From assembly GCA_951406725.2 (NCBI GenBank), contig OX597814.1, positions 148,738,001 through 148,802,000 on the forward strand: a stretch of 64,000 bases of DNA. Reading direction: 5' to 3'. The stretch comes from Octopus vulgaris. Lineage: Eukaryota. Position 1 is the stretch's first letter; the number at the start of each line of letters is the position of its first letter. The position numbers and the translations under genes were made by a program. Under the pieces are notes generated by a model that was not told where the DNA came from, ran no database searches, and saw nothing but the letters and a program-made list of their open reading frames with translations. This document shows positions 42,513 to 56,519 of this stretch, piece after piece.

Positions 42513-42604
42513 ACTAGAGAGTACTCGAAGTTTAGAAACTTCCTCCGCTTACGTCCTTGCATCTTATAATTACACATGCACACACACAGTCCCGTCCGCG
42601 CCCG

Positions 42605-42637
<33 letters not shown>

Positions 42638-42846
42638 CTGTGTGTGTGTGTAGGCGTGCCTATGAGATTACAAAGAAAGGACAGGAAAATGCGTGTATCA
42701 CTTTACAACATAGAATTTATAATCTAAACATGATTGAAGAGTTGTTAGGATGTAGTTCGTGGAGAAAAGGGTATTATATAAATAAGGGACGGAGATATTA
42801 TACATAGTTTCAGGATAGTGCATATATCGTGTGTATCGCACATCTG

Positions 42847-42925
<79 letters not shown>

Positions 42926-43080
42926 TATATACATACATCCATACTTACATATTTTTGAAATTTTTTATGAGAAACGTTTTGAATATGCAAATAGACCTCC
43001 TGTTCCATTACGCCGACCAGTGTCTAATGATGTTGACTAGTGAGCCAGTTCTTCGCGGTTTCATAAAGTTTGACCGATAA

Positions 43081-43116
<36 letters not shown>

Positions 43117-43120
43117 TAAT

Positions 43121-43948
43121 CCTTGGTTTATCCTGCACCACGACGCACGTTTTCACAAGTCATATGACTCTTAAGATGACAGTCCTGAGATGATTGCAGT
43201 GTAGACCGCAGTATCCGTGAGCATCCGACTGATCATTATCATTGATTCATTTCTACAGGCGATGTAAAGTTATTTGATGCTTATCCCTTTTTACTAGTAT
43301 GCAGGTGAAGCGAGGCATATGGGTATTTCTTATGTATTTGCTGGGGAGGGCGGGAGGTGATGGAAATAGAGGAAGGAACGGTAGTTATATGGGGATGGAT
43401 GTGTACTCGATTTATTTTGCTAATCATTCAGCAGATGTTAAGGATAGTAGTAATTCTTTTGTTTGATTTCATTTAAAGCATGGCTATATTCAATAATTCT
43501 GATCTTAACAGGTCATCGGATAATGCTGATATATTTATCAGTGGGGTTTTTGTAACAGAATTGATAGATGCTACCTTCTGATAGTGATATTTGACCTTTT
43601 CATAGCTTCTGTTGGTATAGAGATTTGCATCTCAAATATTGGTTAGCATCTCAAATATTGTTTATTTGCAACCAATATTTGTGTTTCCATGACGTCTCCC
43701 ACTTCCCAACCAAACATACACAAAAATAACCACAGAACTCGTTTGCATTTCATACTCGAAAAAAACCACCCCACTGTTATACATCAACTAATGTTATATC
43801 GCCTGAAGAAATGAATCAATGATGATGATCAACCGGATGCCCACGGATACTACGTACTACATTGTAATCATCCGAGGAATATGAACTGTCAACTTAAGAG
43901 TCATGTGCACGTAGAGATGCACTAAATGATTATAAATACTATCCAAGG
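43121..43948. mobile_element. Non-autonomous element with ~250-bp terminal inverted repeats
   Basis: 43121-43370 is an imperfect reverse complement of ~43682-43948, e.g. atcattgattcatttc vs gaaatgaatcaatgat and atgactcttaag vs cttaagagtcat. Confidence 0.8.
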
Positions 43949-43949
43949 T

Positions 43950-44440
43950 CTTTGTTTTTCAACCCGCAGGGTGTTCAATAAACACCCACCTCACCAAGCA
44001 AGCTTGGTGGGGTTGCCGATTTAGTCGCCGACGCCCCAACCATGCAACAGGTTGTACTGGGTTACATGTTACCAGTAGCACTCGAAAGTGACTGTCAAAA
44101 GGCGGAGGAACTTTTGAGAGTCAACGGCCACCCAATAAATGTCTTAAGGCTGTATCATGCGCGGGGAATAGAAATAATTGGACTGAATACCCGATCGCGC
44201 GGTTAAACCATTGGGAGTGAAGGACTCCTAGCCTTTGTTAGGGCATCCTTCTAGGAGAAGTTAACTCAGGTAACTGGGATAACTCCGACATAAAACCTGC
44301 GGCTCAGTGGTTACCGATGATGTTGACTTGTTCTTCTTTTCGGATAATGGCTGCTGTTGCTTAGTGAGTGGGATTGACTCAGTGCACAGCCTTTCCTCAC
44401 TTTAAAAAAATCTTCTTGCACAGGCATTGCACGATAACAA
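43950..44440. mobile_element. GC-richer, hairpin-dense retroelement UTR-like segment (RTE-like)
   Basis: Multiple short hairpins; ggcatccttctaggagaag resembles recalled RTE-clade 5' UTR motifs. Confidence 0.5.
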
Positions 44441-45339
44441 CATAGATTACGCTTCGAGCAATGGCCGTACTCGATAACGAGGGGGCAGCCACCATGTATA
44501 CAAAGCGAATGTTGCCGATTACATGTGCATCACACATATATACATAACATACATAATTGAATATATATGTTTGTGTGTTTGTATGTATATATGTATCTGT
44601 ATTGCAAGGAATAAGTATTGATTCTCTGGTATCAATCGTTTGTTCATTGAATAAGGAATAATTTTCGAACAGCGTATTTAAAAGTTCTATAACGTAAAAA
44701 TGGGAAAACGGAAAACTCAATGCTTGCAATTTTAAATTTCAAACCGTTGGGTTTCAAAATTATATTAGAAAAGCTTTCTCCACTTCAGACTGTTTGTTGT
44801 TCATAGAAAACAGTAATAACTACAGTGAACACAAATTTCAAGATTCTTGTATACATGCACAAGTATGTGTAAGAATTTTCACGGTATCTATATAGCGAAT
44901 GAAGTTTTGGGTCTCGAAAGTAATGATTATTTGCGGTTCAATCGAGTAGGAATATAACATATGGCTTCCCTGTTTCCGCCAAAGGTAGATTGATAGAAAT
45001 ACTTGAGTATATAAGATATAGCACAAAGATAAACACATTAAAAAAAAATTCGGCCTCATTACATTGCTTCTCTTCCGATTCTCATAATAGAATATAGTAA
45101 AAAGCACGTCTCTGTCTCCTTCGCTCTCTCTCTCTCCCTTCCTCTCTCTCTCTCTTTCTCTCTCTCGTTATATATATATATTTGAAATTTATAGAAAAAC
45201 AAAAGAGGAAGAAAGGTGTATAAACAACAAGCAAGTGTGATAGTTTGACGCTCGGGAAAATGAAGAAACCTTTTATGTTCTAAGCCTGCGGGGTTGGACA
45301 AAATAATGGAAACACTTAGCATCATACCATCATAATTTT

Positions 45340-46100
45340 CAGATATCTATAAAACCGTCACAAGCTTGTTTATTTTAATGCTTTTTGATTTATTATTAGT
45401 GTTGCTCAATGTTTTACTAAAATTGCTTCTTTTCAGAAATCATCAGAAAAAAGTAGTTAAAATTCATTAAAATGATAGATCTATCGAAATTATAATTGAT
45501 GTTCGTATAGCAGGCGCTAGCGTAACGAAAACAGCCGAAACTTTCAGATAGGGACCGTCAGACTCTTACGCGAATTGCTAGAATGGATCATAAAGTACAG
45601 CACCCAAAATTACCGCATAGCTTAATGACCTCTTAGAGAACCCAGTTTCTACACAAACTGTTCGCCGGGAGCTGCACAAAGCCGAATTTCGCAATGGGCT
45701 GCAAATTAAATAAACGCTATTTTCAATGCAAACGTTGAAAAGCGTTTAGGGTGGAGTAAAAACTTACAGAATTGGTCCCTATAGCAGTGGAAGAATGTTA
45801 TCTTATCGGACGGGTCACACTTTACTGTATTTCCGACCACCGGCCGAGTATACCTGTGCAGATAGCCAAGGAATCATTTGACCCATACGACCTTCTTCCA
45901 ACTGTTAAACATGGAGGATGATCTGTAATGATCTGTGGGGCTATATCTTGAAAATCTTCCGGCCCAATTTCCTTTATGGCAGAATTAATAGTCAACTAGT
46001 CAAAGACATTTTATCTGATCAAATTCATCCTATGGTTGTGGAAATGTATCCAGAGGGAAACGCAATCTTTCAGCATGATAATGCACTAATTCACATGCCC
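45340..46100 (+). mobile_element. Tc1-like transposase relic, 3'-truncated
   Basis: AGASVTKTAE; TVRRELHKA; QWKNVILSDGSHFT; PTVKHGG; DILSDQIHPMV...AIFQHDNA. Confidence 0.88.
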
Positions 46101-46161
46101 TAGGTGTATGGAAGATACTTGGCGAGAAATGGAAGAAAATTTGAAGAAAGAAAAAAAACAA

Positions 46162-46162
<1 letters not shown>

Positions 46163-46192
<30 letters not shown>

Positions 46193-46257
46193 AAGAAGAA
46201 GAAGAAGAAGAAGAAGAAGAAGAAGAAGAAGAAGAAGAAGAAGAAGAAGAAGAAGAA
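46163..46257. repeat. (GAA)n tract
   Basis: Visible run. Confidence 0.95.
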
Positions 46258-47170
46258 ACTTAACATATTGTCAATACTGTCAATACTGTTGAAGGAATAT
46301 GCACCAAGGAGAGTTAATAACTACGGTACCAATACAGACAGTGACCATACTGGCAATGTCATTTATAAAGATGAAGATAAAAACAAAAACAAATTTTCTT
46401 CACTCAAACCTCAAATTAATTATAGGGATAAGAATTATAGCGTATATAAAGGTAAAAACGGGAATAAACTTGACGTAACATGGTTTAGCCCGCCCTTTAA
46501 TTACGTAACATATACAAATGAAAGTAGTAAATTATTTAGTATACTACAGTGCAATCTACCTCCTCATACAAGTATTACCGTTTATTCTCCCGTAGAAACG
46601 CTTGGGTCTCCTACACAACACTCCCTAATCTAGGTACAATTATAGTTTGCCTGAATAAGTAACATATCCATGGCCAGGCGTAGTAGTAATACCCCTAACA
46701 GCATCGCTCCTAATAAAAATAACAGGAAGAAAAAATATTCATATTAATATTCCTCCTATCACTACTATCTCATATGACATTAATACTGTACACAACAATA
46801 CCAGCAGGAAGCCTGTCCTGTCAATTAATAGATATAATATTGACATCTGTCATCCTCTTACTAAAAGGAATAGCAGCAGTAGCAGCTCTGCCATAACTAT
46901 CAACAGGGAGGGCCGTACGGTTTACACTAGCTGAAACTCACACCATACTGCTCCCTACTACAATAAGACTGTCTCCACAAGTTGTAATGATAGCCCACCG
47001 ACTCCCATTCAAGTTGTCGATATGATAAACGCACAGAACACTAACAGCTATGCTGGAAATCTTTCCATTATACCACCCGCTCTCGACTGTCTAGTGTCTC
47101 TCTCTGAAAGCCAAATCTCTTACGGCAATGTCCAGTACCAAAAGTCTCCGACCTCGGACTCGGCAGCTAA

Positions 47171-47553
47171 CCTACTATATAAAATCTGTTCTGTCTGTCT
47201 GTGTGTATGTCTTCTAGGATCTCGGGCATCCTCCATCTGATTGCGCTCAAATTTGATATGTAGATACCGACGGTATCACGACGTGTATAAGACTTGAAAA
47301 TATTACAAAAATCGATTCCAGGTGAGAATGCGATCGATAAAGCCGTGGGAACGGGCATTTGTAAAATCGTTTTTCTTGGAATAGGAAAAAAGTCTATCTT
47401 TATTTCTTCTATTGCTTGTGTCTGAAATTTAGGTTAAATCAGTGTTTCTCAAAGGGGAGGCCTATGGGACCGCCAGACAAGTTGTTTTGAGAAAATTTGG
47501 TTTAAATCTTTGACAACTCAGCACCGTCCATTGGACGGGGGGCGTTTTGCTCG
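47171..47553 (+). mobile_element. Non-autonomous Helitron nested in the PLE
   Basis: Starts A|cctactatataaaatctgttctgtctgtctgtg; ends with hairpin ccgtcca-t-tggacgg (47524-47538) then CTCG|T. Both termini are one base off the TC/CTAG consensus. Confidence 0.7.
47440..47499. mobile_element. 60-bp hAT-like mini element
   Basis: Ends cagtgtttctcaaa and tttgagaaaatttg; 8-bp flanks ggttaaat and gtttaaat. Confidence 0.5.
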
Positions 47554-49065
47554 TTATAATTATAATAGTATTTATAATAGTAATATAAACCCCAGCAAGA
47601 ACCATGCAAACACCAATAACTCTCGCGAGCTTGAACTATTATGCCAAAATAAAGTTGGATCGCGTACCCGTAATAATAAATTTGAAGTATTAGAAAATAT
47701 TGGGTCCAATTGTTTAAACAAAATATGTCACGTTGTAACAGACACCAATACTTATACTTATATCGGTTGCTCCATAAATCTCAAAGAGGCGCTTACTGAA
47801 CTTATATCATACCTTTAAATTAAAAGATAAGTCTGGTAGGGCGTTTTTAGCTACGAAAATTTTGGAGCTCAAGGATGGCAATGTTAAATTCGATCAGCGT
47901 TAGGACATCATTAGGGTCACTAAACCGCCCTTAAACAGCAGATGTCGGTGCAGACTTTGCTGCATTGGGGTGTTTGAAATTTTAAAGAGATGAAATATTG
48001 AAAATCTACTAAATAATAAACTAGACATTCGTCTCTCCTGTATTCATACGGCTACACGCACGTTTAAGTATCTTAAGGACTTTAAACAACCTCTATAATG
48101 GCTGCGAAACTAGGGCTAATCTAATTTACTATCTCTATTGCTGACCCAATAGTCGATCGATCTTCCTATTAGTTTCTGAGTCCTTCTAGTCTTGTTTTCT
48201 TTTACTATTACTTTCTAACTTCTCTTACTATACTTGCATGGTATGCTATATTGAAGAAACTAACCTTGCTATCTGAAGGATACTCGGTATTATGCAATAG
48301 CAATAGCAGAGATATCTAACCTAGAAGCAGCAGCCTGCACACCTATTGTGTGGAGTCTCTTTATCCGATCCACAGAAAGGTGGTCATATTATCTAATTAA
48401 ATAATACCAACGCTACCTGAATAACATTTGACATTGTTAATCATTAGACTACTCCCTACTGTTGGCTTTCTTTGATATCTGATCTCGTATTTCCTCTCAC
48501 TCCGTACCAGGTGTAGTTTATTGTATAACCCCACCTTCTTTAAACTTCATAATGATAAGCAGTACTCTACTTTTACTAACACTATTATTCTATAAAAGTT
48601 AGGAGTTATTATTCGGTTGACTTGGTACCCTTCCCCAACATTCAAAGAATATCCACATAATACCCCGCTCAATTCTGTGTATCACTACCCCACTCACTTT
48701 GTCCTCTAGCATTAACTCCCGAATCCTTAACACCGACCCTATGCCTGATTGGCTTGTATGCTTTTATTTTACTTTATCCTTACTTTTGCCTTTTTTATCC
48801 TTTCTTTCATTTTCCTTATTTTATATTAGGACCGGTCCTTACTTCCCACTGATCTACCCCTGCTACAATAAAATATCACCTGCGCCCCACTCCAGTTTAT
48901 TTAAGAAGTAGTCTATCAGATTCTTACCTCACACTGATCGCTGAACTTATATTATACACTTTCAAGAACTATGTTCTTAACCTCAAAGGCCAGCTTTGTT
49001 GGCCATTCCCCAATTTCATATTTGACCTCAACCCTGCTGTACACTTGGAATATTCTTTTGTTTGT

Positions 49066-49205
49066 AAAGATCTGACTTCTGCCGAGGTCGACTTCGCCTT
49101 TCAGCTTTTCGGGGTCGATACACTAAGTACCAGTTGCGTACTGGAGTTGATCTAATCGACAGGCCCCCATCCTCAAAATTTCGGGCCTTGTGCCTAGAGT
49201 AGAAC
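49066..49205 (+). mobile_element. 5'-truncated SINE family B with TSD
   Basis: gccgaggtcgacttcgcctttcagcttttcggggtcgata...; TSD atattctttt(g/c)tttgt on both sides. Confidence 0.88.
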
Positions 49206-49534
49206 ATATTCTTTTCTTTGTTAAATTACTTCTCATTGATTACGGGTTTTTTGTAATAGCGTAATGTTCTCAGTCTTCTATTAAAAATGATACACAAGCA
49301 GTAGCTGTAATGAGCTGACAATTAACTATCGTATGTTATTGCACATTTGGTTATAATACACCAAAGGAATCTACGACTTGTTGGACACACTAGAGTATAC
49401 CAACAACGTACTATTCAATGAAATAATCATAATCTCTGTATATAAAAAAAAATTGCAGTATCCTATTTGACTCTTGCCAAACAGGTCGGAATCAGAGGTT
49501 TATCCAAGACTAACTGATAACTATCTTTTGAAGT

Positions 49535-49684
49535 ATGGTAAGTAGCTTGCTTACCAACCAGGTGGTTGCGAATTCAGTTCCACTCTGTGGCACCTTGGGC
49601 AAGTGTCTTATACTATAGCCTCACGCCGAATATAACATTGTGAGTGGATTTGGTAGACGGAAACTGAGAGTAGCTGGTCGTATG

Positions 49685-49685
<1 letters not shown>
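49535..49685 (+). mobile_element. SINE family A, 5' half
   Basis: Homologous to 1056 and 19686. Confidence 0.9.
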
Positions 49686-49734
<49 letters not shown>

Positions 49735-49827
49735 GTGTAATAAATAAAATATATGCATACATACAAACATATATGTACGTACCGACATCTACATCTATAT
49801 ATACATGCATATATAAATACATATATA

Positions 49828-50528
49828 CGTACAGGACATCACAGGAAGACGAAAAAATCAACAGAACGAAAACGGAAAAGACATTTTGTTACAACAGAAG
49901 GACAGAGACGTGGAACAAGACGAAACGAAAACGGGAAAAACAATTATGTGCAGCAGAAAAACGAAGTACAGGACATGCTGCACAAGGAAAAATCCCCTTC
50001 ATCAGCTGTCGCTAGCAGACACGTGTTTCGAAGGCAGAGACAGAACACGTATAGCCAAGCTAAGCTTTCCTACGAGAGAATTAAAATAAAATAAACTCGT
50101 AGAGGGGTAAACGAGCGAGAAAAAATGTAACACAAAAAATGACATAACAAAGAACTGCACAAACAAATACATACAAGAAAAAAATAAATAATACAAAATA
50201 AAGATACATGTACAATAAAATACATAACGAGAATTAAATTGCAATACGAGAAATCAAAAATAAACAAGAGAACAAACGAAAAAGACGAACGAAGGCCTTT
50301 GTTCTGGCTGGGACGAGATAGGTAACTGGCGAGCGCGAGGAAACATGACCTTAGGGCCTGAATGCAACAGGCGGAAAGGTTTAGCAGTGACGAAAGTGAG
50401 GAGGAGTGGGAGAGAGAGAGAGAGACAGATAGAGGAAGACACAGGCTAGAGAGAAGGGTGAGGTAGAGAGAGCAAGAGAGAGAGAGAAGGGAAGGTAAAA
50501 GCAAAGGGAGAGAATTTCGCACGTAAGT
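49828..50528 (-). mobile_element. Unclassified purine-skewed repeat with hammerhead-like core, inserted in the SINE's internal microsatellite
   Basis: Lies between the two halves of a family A SINE; minus strand contains GAAACACGUGUC...CUGAUGA. Confidence 0.55.
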
Positions 50529-50534
50529 ACATAT

Positions 50535-50735
50535 ATATGGGGGTCTGTATTTGTCTGTCGACCATCACTTGACAGCCGATGTTGGGTGTTTACGTCCCTG
50601 TGAGTTAGCGCTTCGGCAGAATAGACCGATAGAATAAGTACTAGGCTTACAAAGAATAAATTCTGGTGTCTATTTGTTCGATAAATGCGGTGCTCCGTCA
50701 GGGCCACAGTCAGATGACTGAAACAAATAAAAGAC
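50535..50735 (+). mobile_element. SINE family A, 3' half
   Basis: accatcacttgacagccgatgttgggtgtttacgtccc...gggccacagtcagatgactgaaac. Confidence 0.88.
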
Positions 50736-51289
50736 ATATATATGTGTCTGTATGTGTGTATATATGTATGAGCGCAAGTGTGTGTATGGCTGTATATAAG
50801 CAGGTACATATATTTGATATATCTATCTATATCTATCTGTATATGTGTGTGAGTGTATGAGTGAGTGTGTATGTATGTGATTGTTTGTGCGTGTGTGTAT
50901 GCCTGTGTGTATTTTCTGTTAGTATGCTACCATACATGTACATGAACAACCATTCATATGAAGCTGCCTTACATAAGATAAATCCATGGTGTTACAAGAG
51001 GAATCTTCTTTCGAATTTATTATTTTAAAAAAAAGTATCATACATAGAAATATACAAATCATTGCTAAGACAAAATAAGCTATTCATTCAAAAAGCAGAA
51101 ATTACAATATACTTGAAGTTTCAAAGGCTATACTGAAACAGGTGGGATATTTAGATGCCACGATGGAATATTAACGAACGAGAACATGAAAGGAATATAT
51201 ATTTATCGTGAACAAACAACCTTTATTGGAAATATATCAATCTGTCTACATCTAGCAATTTATTCTTTTCTTTCTCAGCACACTACATA

Positions 51290-53065
<1,776 letters not shown>

Positions 53066-53482
53066 TTAATAAAGGTGTATGTTTCCCATGTAGTTTTATT
53101 TGCTTTCTCAATCATGTACGCATTCAACATTAGATTTCCTGCAACCAATTCTTGATTCAAAACATTGAAACCTGAAAAATTTCAAAGCAGGTGTATTTGT
53201 TTGCATGTTTCTCTATTTCTTTCGTTTTCTTTAATTCTCTCCTGTGTTTACGTAACATATTCTCCCTTATTCAGATATATGAAAAGCATGTGCGGATTAC
53301 GTTACATTACTTGATGAATTCTGGAGATTAATATATTTATTACTCAAACGCTTAAATAAATATATGGCACTTATCTAGTTTCTATTAATCAGTAGAAAAG
53401 AGAAAACGGGCCTAAATCTCTCACATTTTACTAATATGTATTTATGTATGCATATATACGTACATATATATATATATATATA

Positions 53483-53870
53483 TTCTCTTTACTCTTTACT
53501 CTTTTACTTGTTTCAGTCATTTGTCTGCGGCCAGGCAAATCAACCCCAAGATTTTTTCTTTGGAAGCCTAATACTTATTCTATCGGTCTCTTTTGCCGAA
53601 CCGCCAAGTTACGGGGACGTAAACACACCACTGTCGGTTTTCAAGCGATTTTGAGGGGCCAAACACAGACACACAAACATATACACACATACATATATAC
53701 ACATAAACATATATACGACGGGCTTCTTTCAGTTTCCGTCTACCAAATCCTCTCACAAGGCTTTGGTCGGTCCGAGGCTATAGTAGAAGACAAGATGCCA
53801 CGCAGTGGGAATGAACCCGGAAACATGTGGTTCGTAAGCAAGCTACTTACCACACAGACACTCCTGCGCC
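53483..53870 (-). mobile_element. SINE family A, near full length
   Basis: Reverse complement of the 19686 copy, with small deletions. Confidence 0.92.
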
Positions 53871-53925
53871 TATATTTATGTATAAATGAATGTATATATA
53901 TATATACATATATATACATATATAT

Positions 53926-54002
<77 letters not shown>

Positions 54003-54031
54003 TATATGTGTATATATCATAAATGTATACA

Positions 54032-54841
54032 TCTACTACTCATGTGGGAAATTCTGTCTTTTGCGTGTGTTTGTAGAATTGTTAGCTAAACCATCCAACA
54101 TCGTTTTATCGATTTTCATGAAACTTGACACGCAAGTAATTCATGTCTGGTAACACCATAACATACGAAGATTGTTGAAAGGTCGATATTAGGGTCCCTG
54201 GAAGGGATCCTGATATATAGTTAATATATTTTATATCTAAAACCAAGGGAAATAACCCGTCCATTTTTCCTACATAATTGATAAAAATGAAATTGAGTAT
54301 GCTTATTTCTAAGTATTTCAATTGTTAGAGTTATTTTCGCAGTTTATCCATTGCAACCCTTAAACATGTAAATATTATTTTCCTAAAGTATAGATCCACT
54401 TATTTCGGTTAGTGACCTATTCACGAATATACCAACACTAGCGTCCCTGAGGGTAATATTTTCTGGGAAGGCACAAAAGCCCTTTTCAGAGTTATTTAGT
54501 TTCAATTGACATTATCCCACACCTAATTAGCCTGTTATTACGTAACATGATTCACGGTTTTAGCATACATACCTTATTAGTATTTGTATATACTCTGGAA
54601 ACGCATGAAAGCGCTTTTCGGGGCTACTTCATTTGAATTATTACTGTCAGGTAAATAATTTGTTCATTTTATTAAGAACTGAATTCACAATTTGTGTATT
54701 CTTAACTTTTTGGGAATTCCTAAAAACAAGATCCTGTGTAAGAGAGTTCGGTGTTCTCTGTAAATGCACAAAAACCGCTTATGAGAACGGAACCCAGGGA
54801 TAAAATTAGCTTTCCCAGGTATTAACGGGTACGTCATCTAG
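54032..54841 (+). mobile_element. Non-autonomous Helitron-like element
   Basis: Starts A|TCtactact...gattttcatgaaacttgacacg; ends cccaggtattaacgggtacgtcatCTAG. Confidence 0.7.
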
Positions 54842-55006
54842 CATATATAAATATACGGGTTTGTATTTGTGTATTTATAGCAAAAACAAGTGCTGGGTTG
54901 CCAAATATTTATTGCAGTAAAAATTTTTTTTTACGTAAATGCTTACATAAGAATAGATATTATACACTGTGAGTGCTCAACCAGGAATTGGTACTAAGAT
55001 CAACAT

Positions 55007-55170
<164 letters not shown>

Positions 55171-55175
55171 TTATA

Positions 55176-55310
55176 CCAGAGTTAGAACATAAATGCGAAA
55201 CAAGGTGGAAAAAATAGTACTCGAATACCAGCATTAGATTAATATGCTTTATTAAAAAGCAGTAAAAATATCACAAACACCTTTACTCAGTGTTTCACGT
55301 TCCCGTGAAA
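55176..55310 (-). mobile_element. PLE-like tail with 3' half of a hammerhead
   Basis: Homologous to 20377 and 19570. Minus strand reads ACG GGAA CGU GAAA CACUGAG UA; CUGANGA is absent. Confidence 0.65.
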
Positions 55311-55431
55311 TCGCAAAAAAATTATATGCACAGTTACCGTTGAAATTGAAACATATTTGGTTTAAAATATAAATTACTGCAATTCCATTAACATATTTTG
55401 CCCATTATATATATATATATTAAACTCGATT

Positions 55432-55476
<45 letters not shown>

Positions 55477-56519
55477 ACCACTCAATTTTGTTTTTTCGTA
55501 TGTATACAATCTTATTTCAGTTTGGTGTAAAAAATCGCGGCTGTTCGATCATTTACACATTTATAATCTACTTTTCGAAATATATAGATATATCGTTACA
55601 AATGTGAAGTCTTTACTTTCGTGCCCTTATTATAAAAGTTATTGAAGTAAATGAAATATCCGAAGCCAAATAGAAATAGGGTGCGTTATCTGTTTCCCAA
55701 AATCGTTATTAATGCTATTAGTGTGTAAGAGCATAAAATGAGATTAGAATCTTCTCAAACAGCATTGCCAATTGTTGTTGGCTATGTTTCTTTTTTAATT
55801 GCCTCGACAACATTGAACTGTTTTGAAGAAAATTAGTGCTATTATTGAAGCGAAATGTTGCGCAGAAACACAAGACTATAACGTACAGCCATCTATCTAC
55901 AAAGTATTTCTAAAGTGTTGGTATTACTTCAAAATCATTTGCAGCAATTTCAAAGTGTTTGTGACAAAATCTTTATTCCACTAAAAATAAAATCATGTAA
56001 TTTGTATATCGTTTCAAACCGACCAATTTAATATATTCTTTGAATTAACTTTTTTCACTATTCCTTCCATGATTTGTATTATATGACTTAGACACACATC
56101 ATGCTATATTTAATATATGTATTCTATCCTCAAGATGATTTTTTTCTTATGTTCAAAATTGATAGTAAAAATAAAACCCTTAAAACCCAGACTATTTGCA
56201 GTACTGTGTAATTATTTTAGATGAGGAAGACGGGATCTTTGGCATGATGCGTTGCCGTCCAGTTCGAGTATTGTTACAACTGTGAATTCCAAAAGTGTGA
56301 ATTCCAAATTCGATGTCTACGTGATAGTAAAAAACATTTCAAACCCCGACGACGAAGGCGTCACATATATAACTGCGTATGTGGGGGGATTTTAAGACTG
56401 TGTATGTCTCTCTGACTCTGTGATTGTTTCTGCGTTATATGCGTTATTAAAGATACACACACATATCTTCACGATTGGCATGCATGAATGTGTCTTTATG
56501 TATCTCTCACAATATATGT

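Larger units (their letters stand above)
46260..48420 (+). mobile_element. Penelope-like element, 5'-truncated: RT thumb, linker, GIY-YIG endonuclease, 3' repeat (may extend to ~49290)
   Basis: VTWFSPPF...TN..SKLF (cf. IWFNPPF); KYYRLFSRRNAWVSYTTLPNL (cf. KIFNRNTVKVSYSCMPN); TYTYIG; KIW-ELK; CRLC; LLNNKLDIRLSCIH. Confidence 0.85.
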
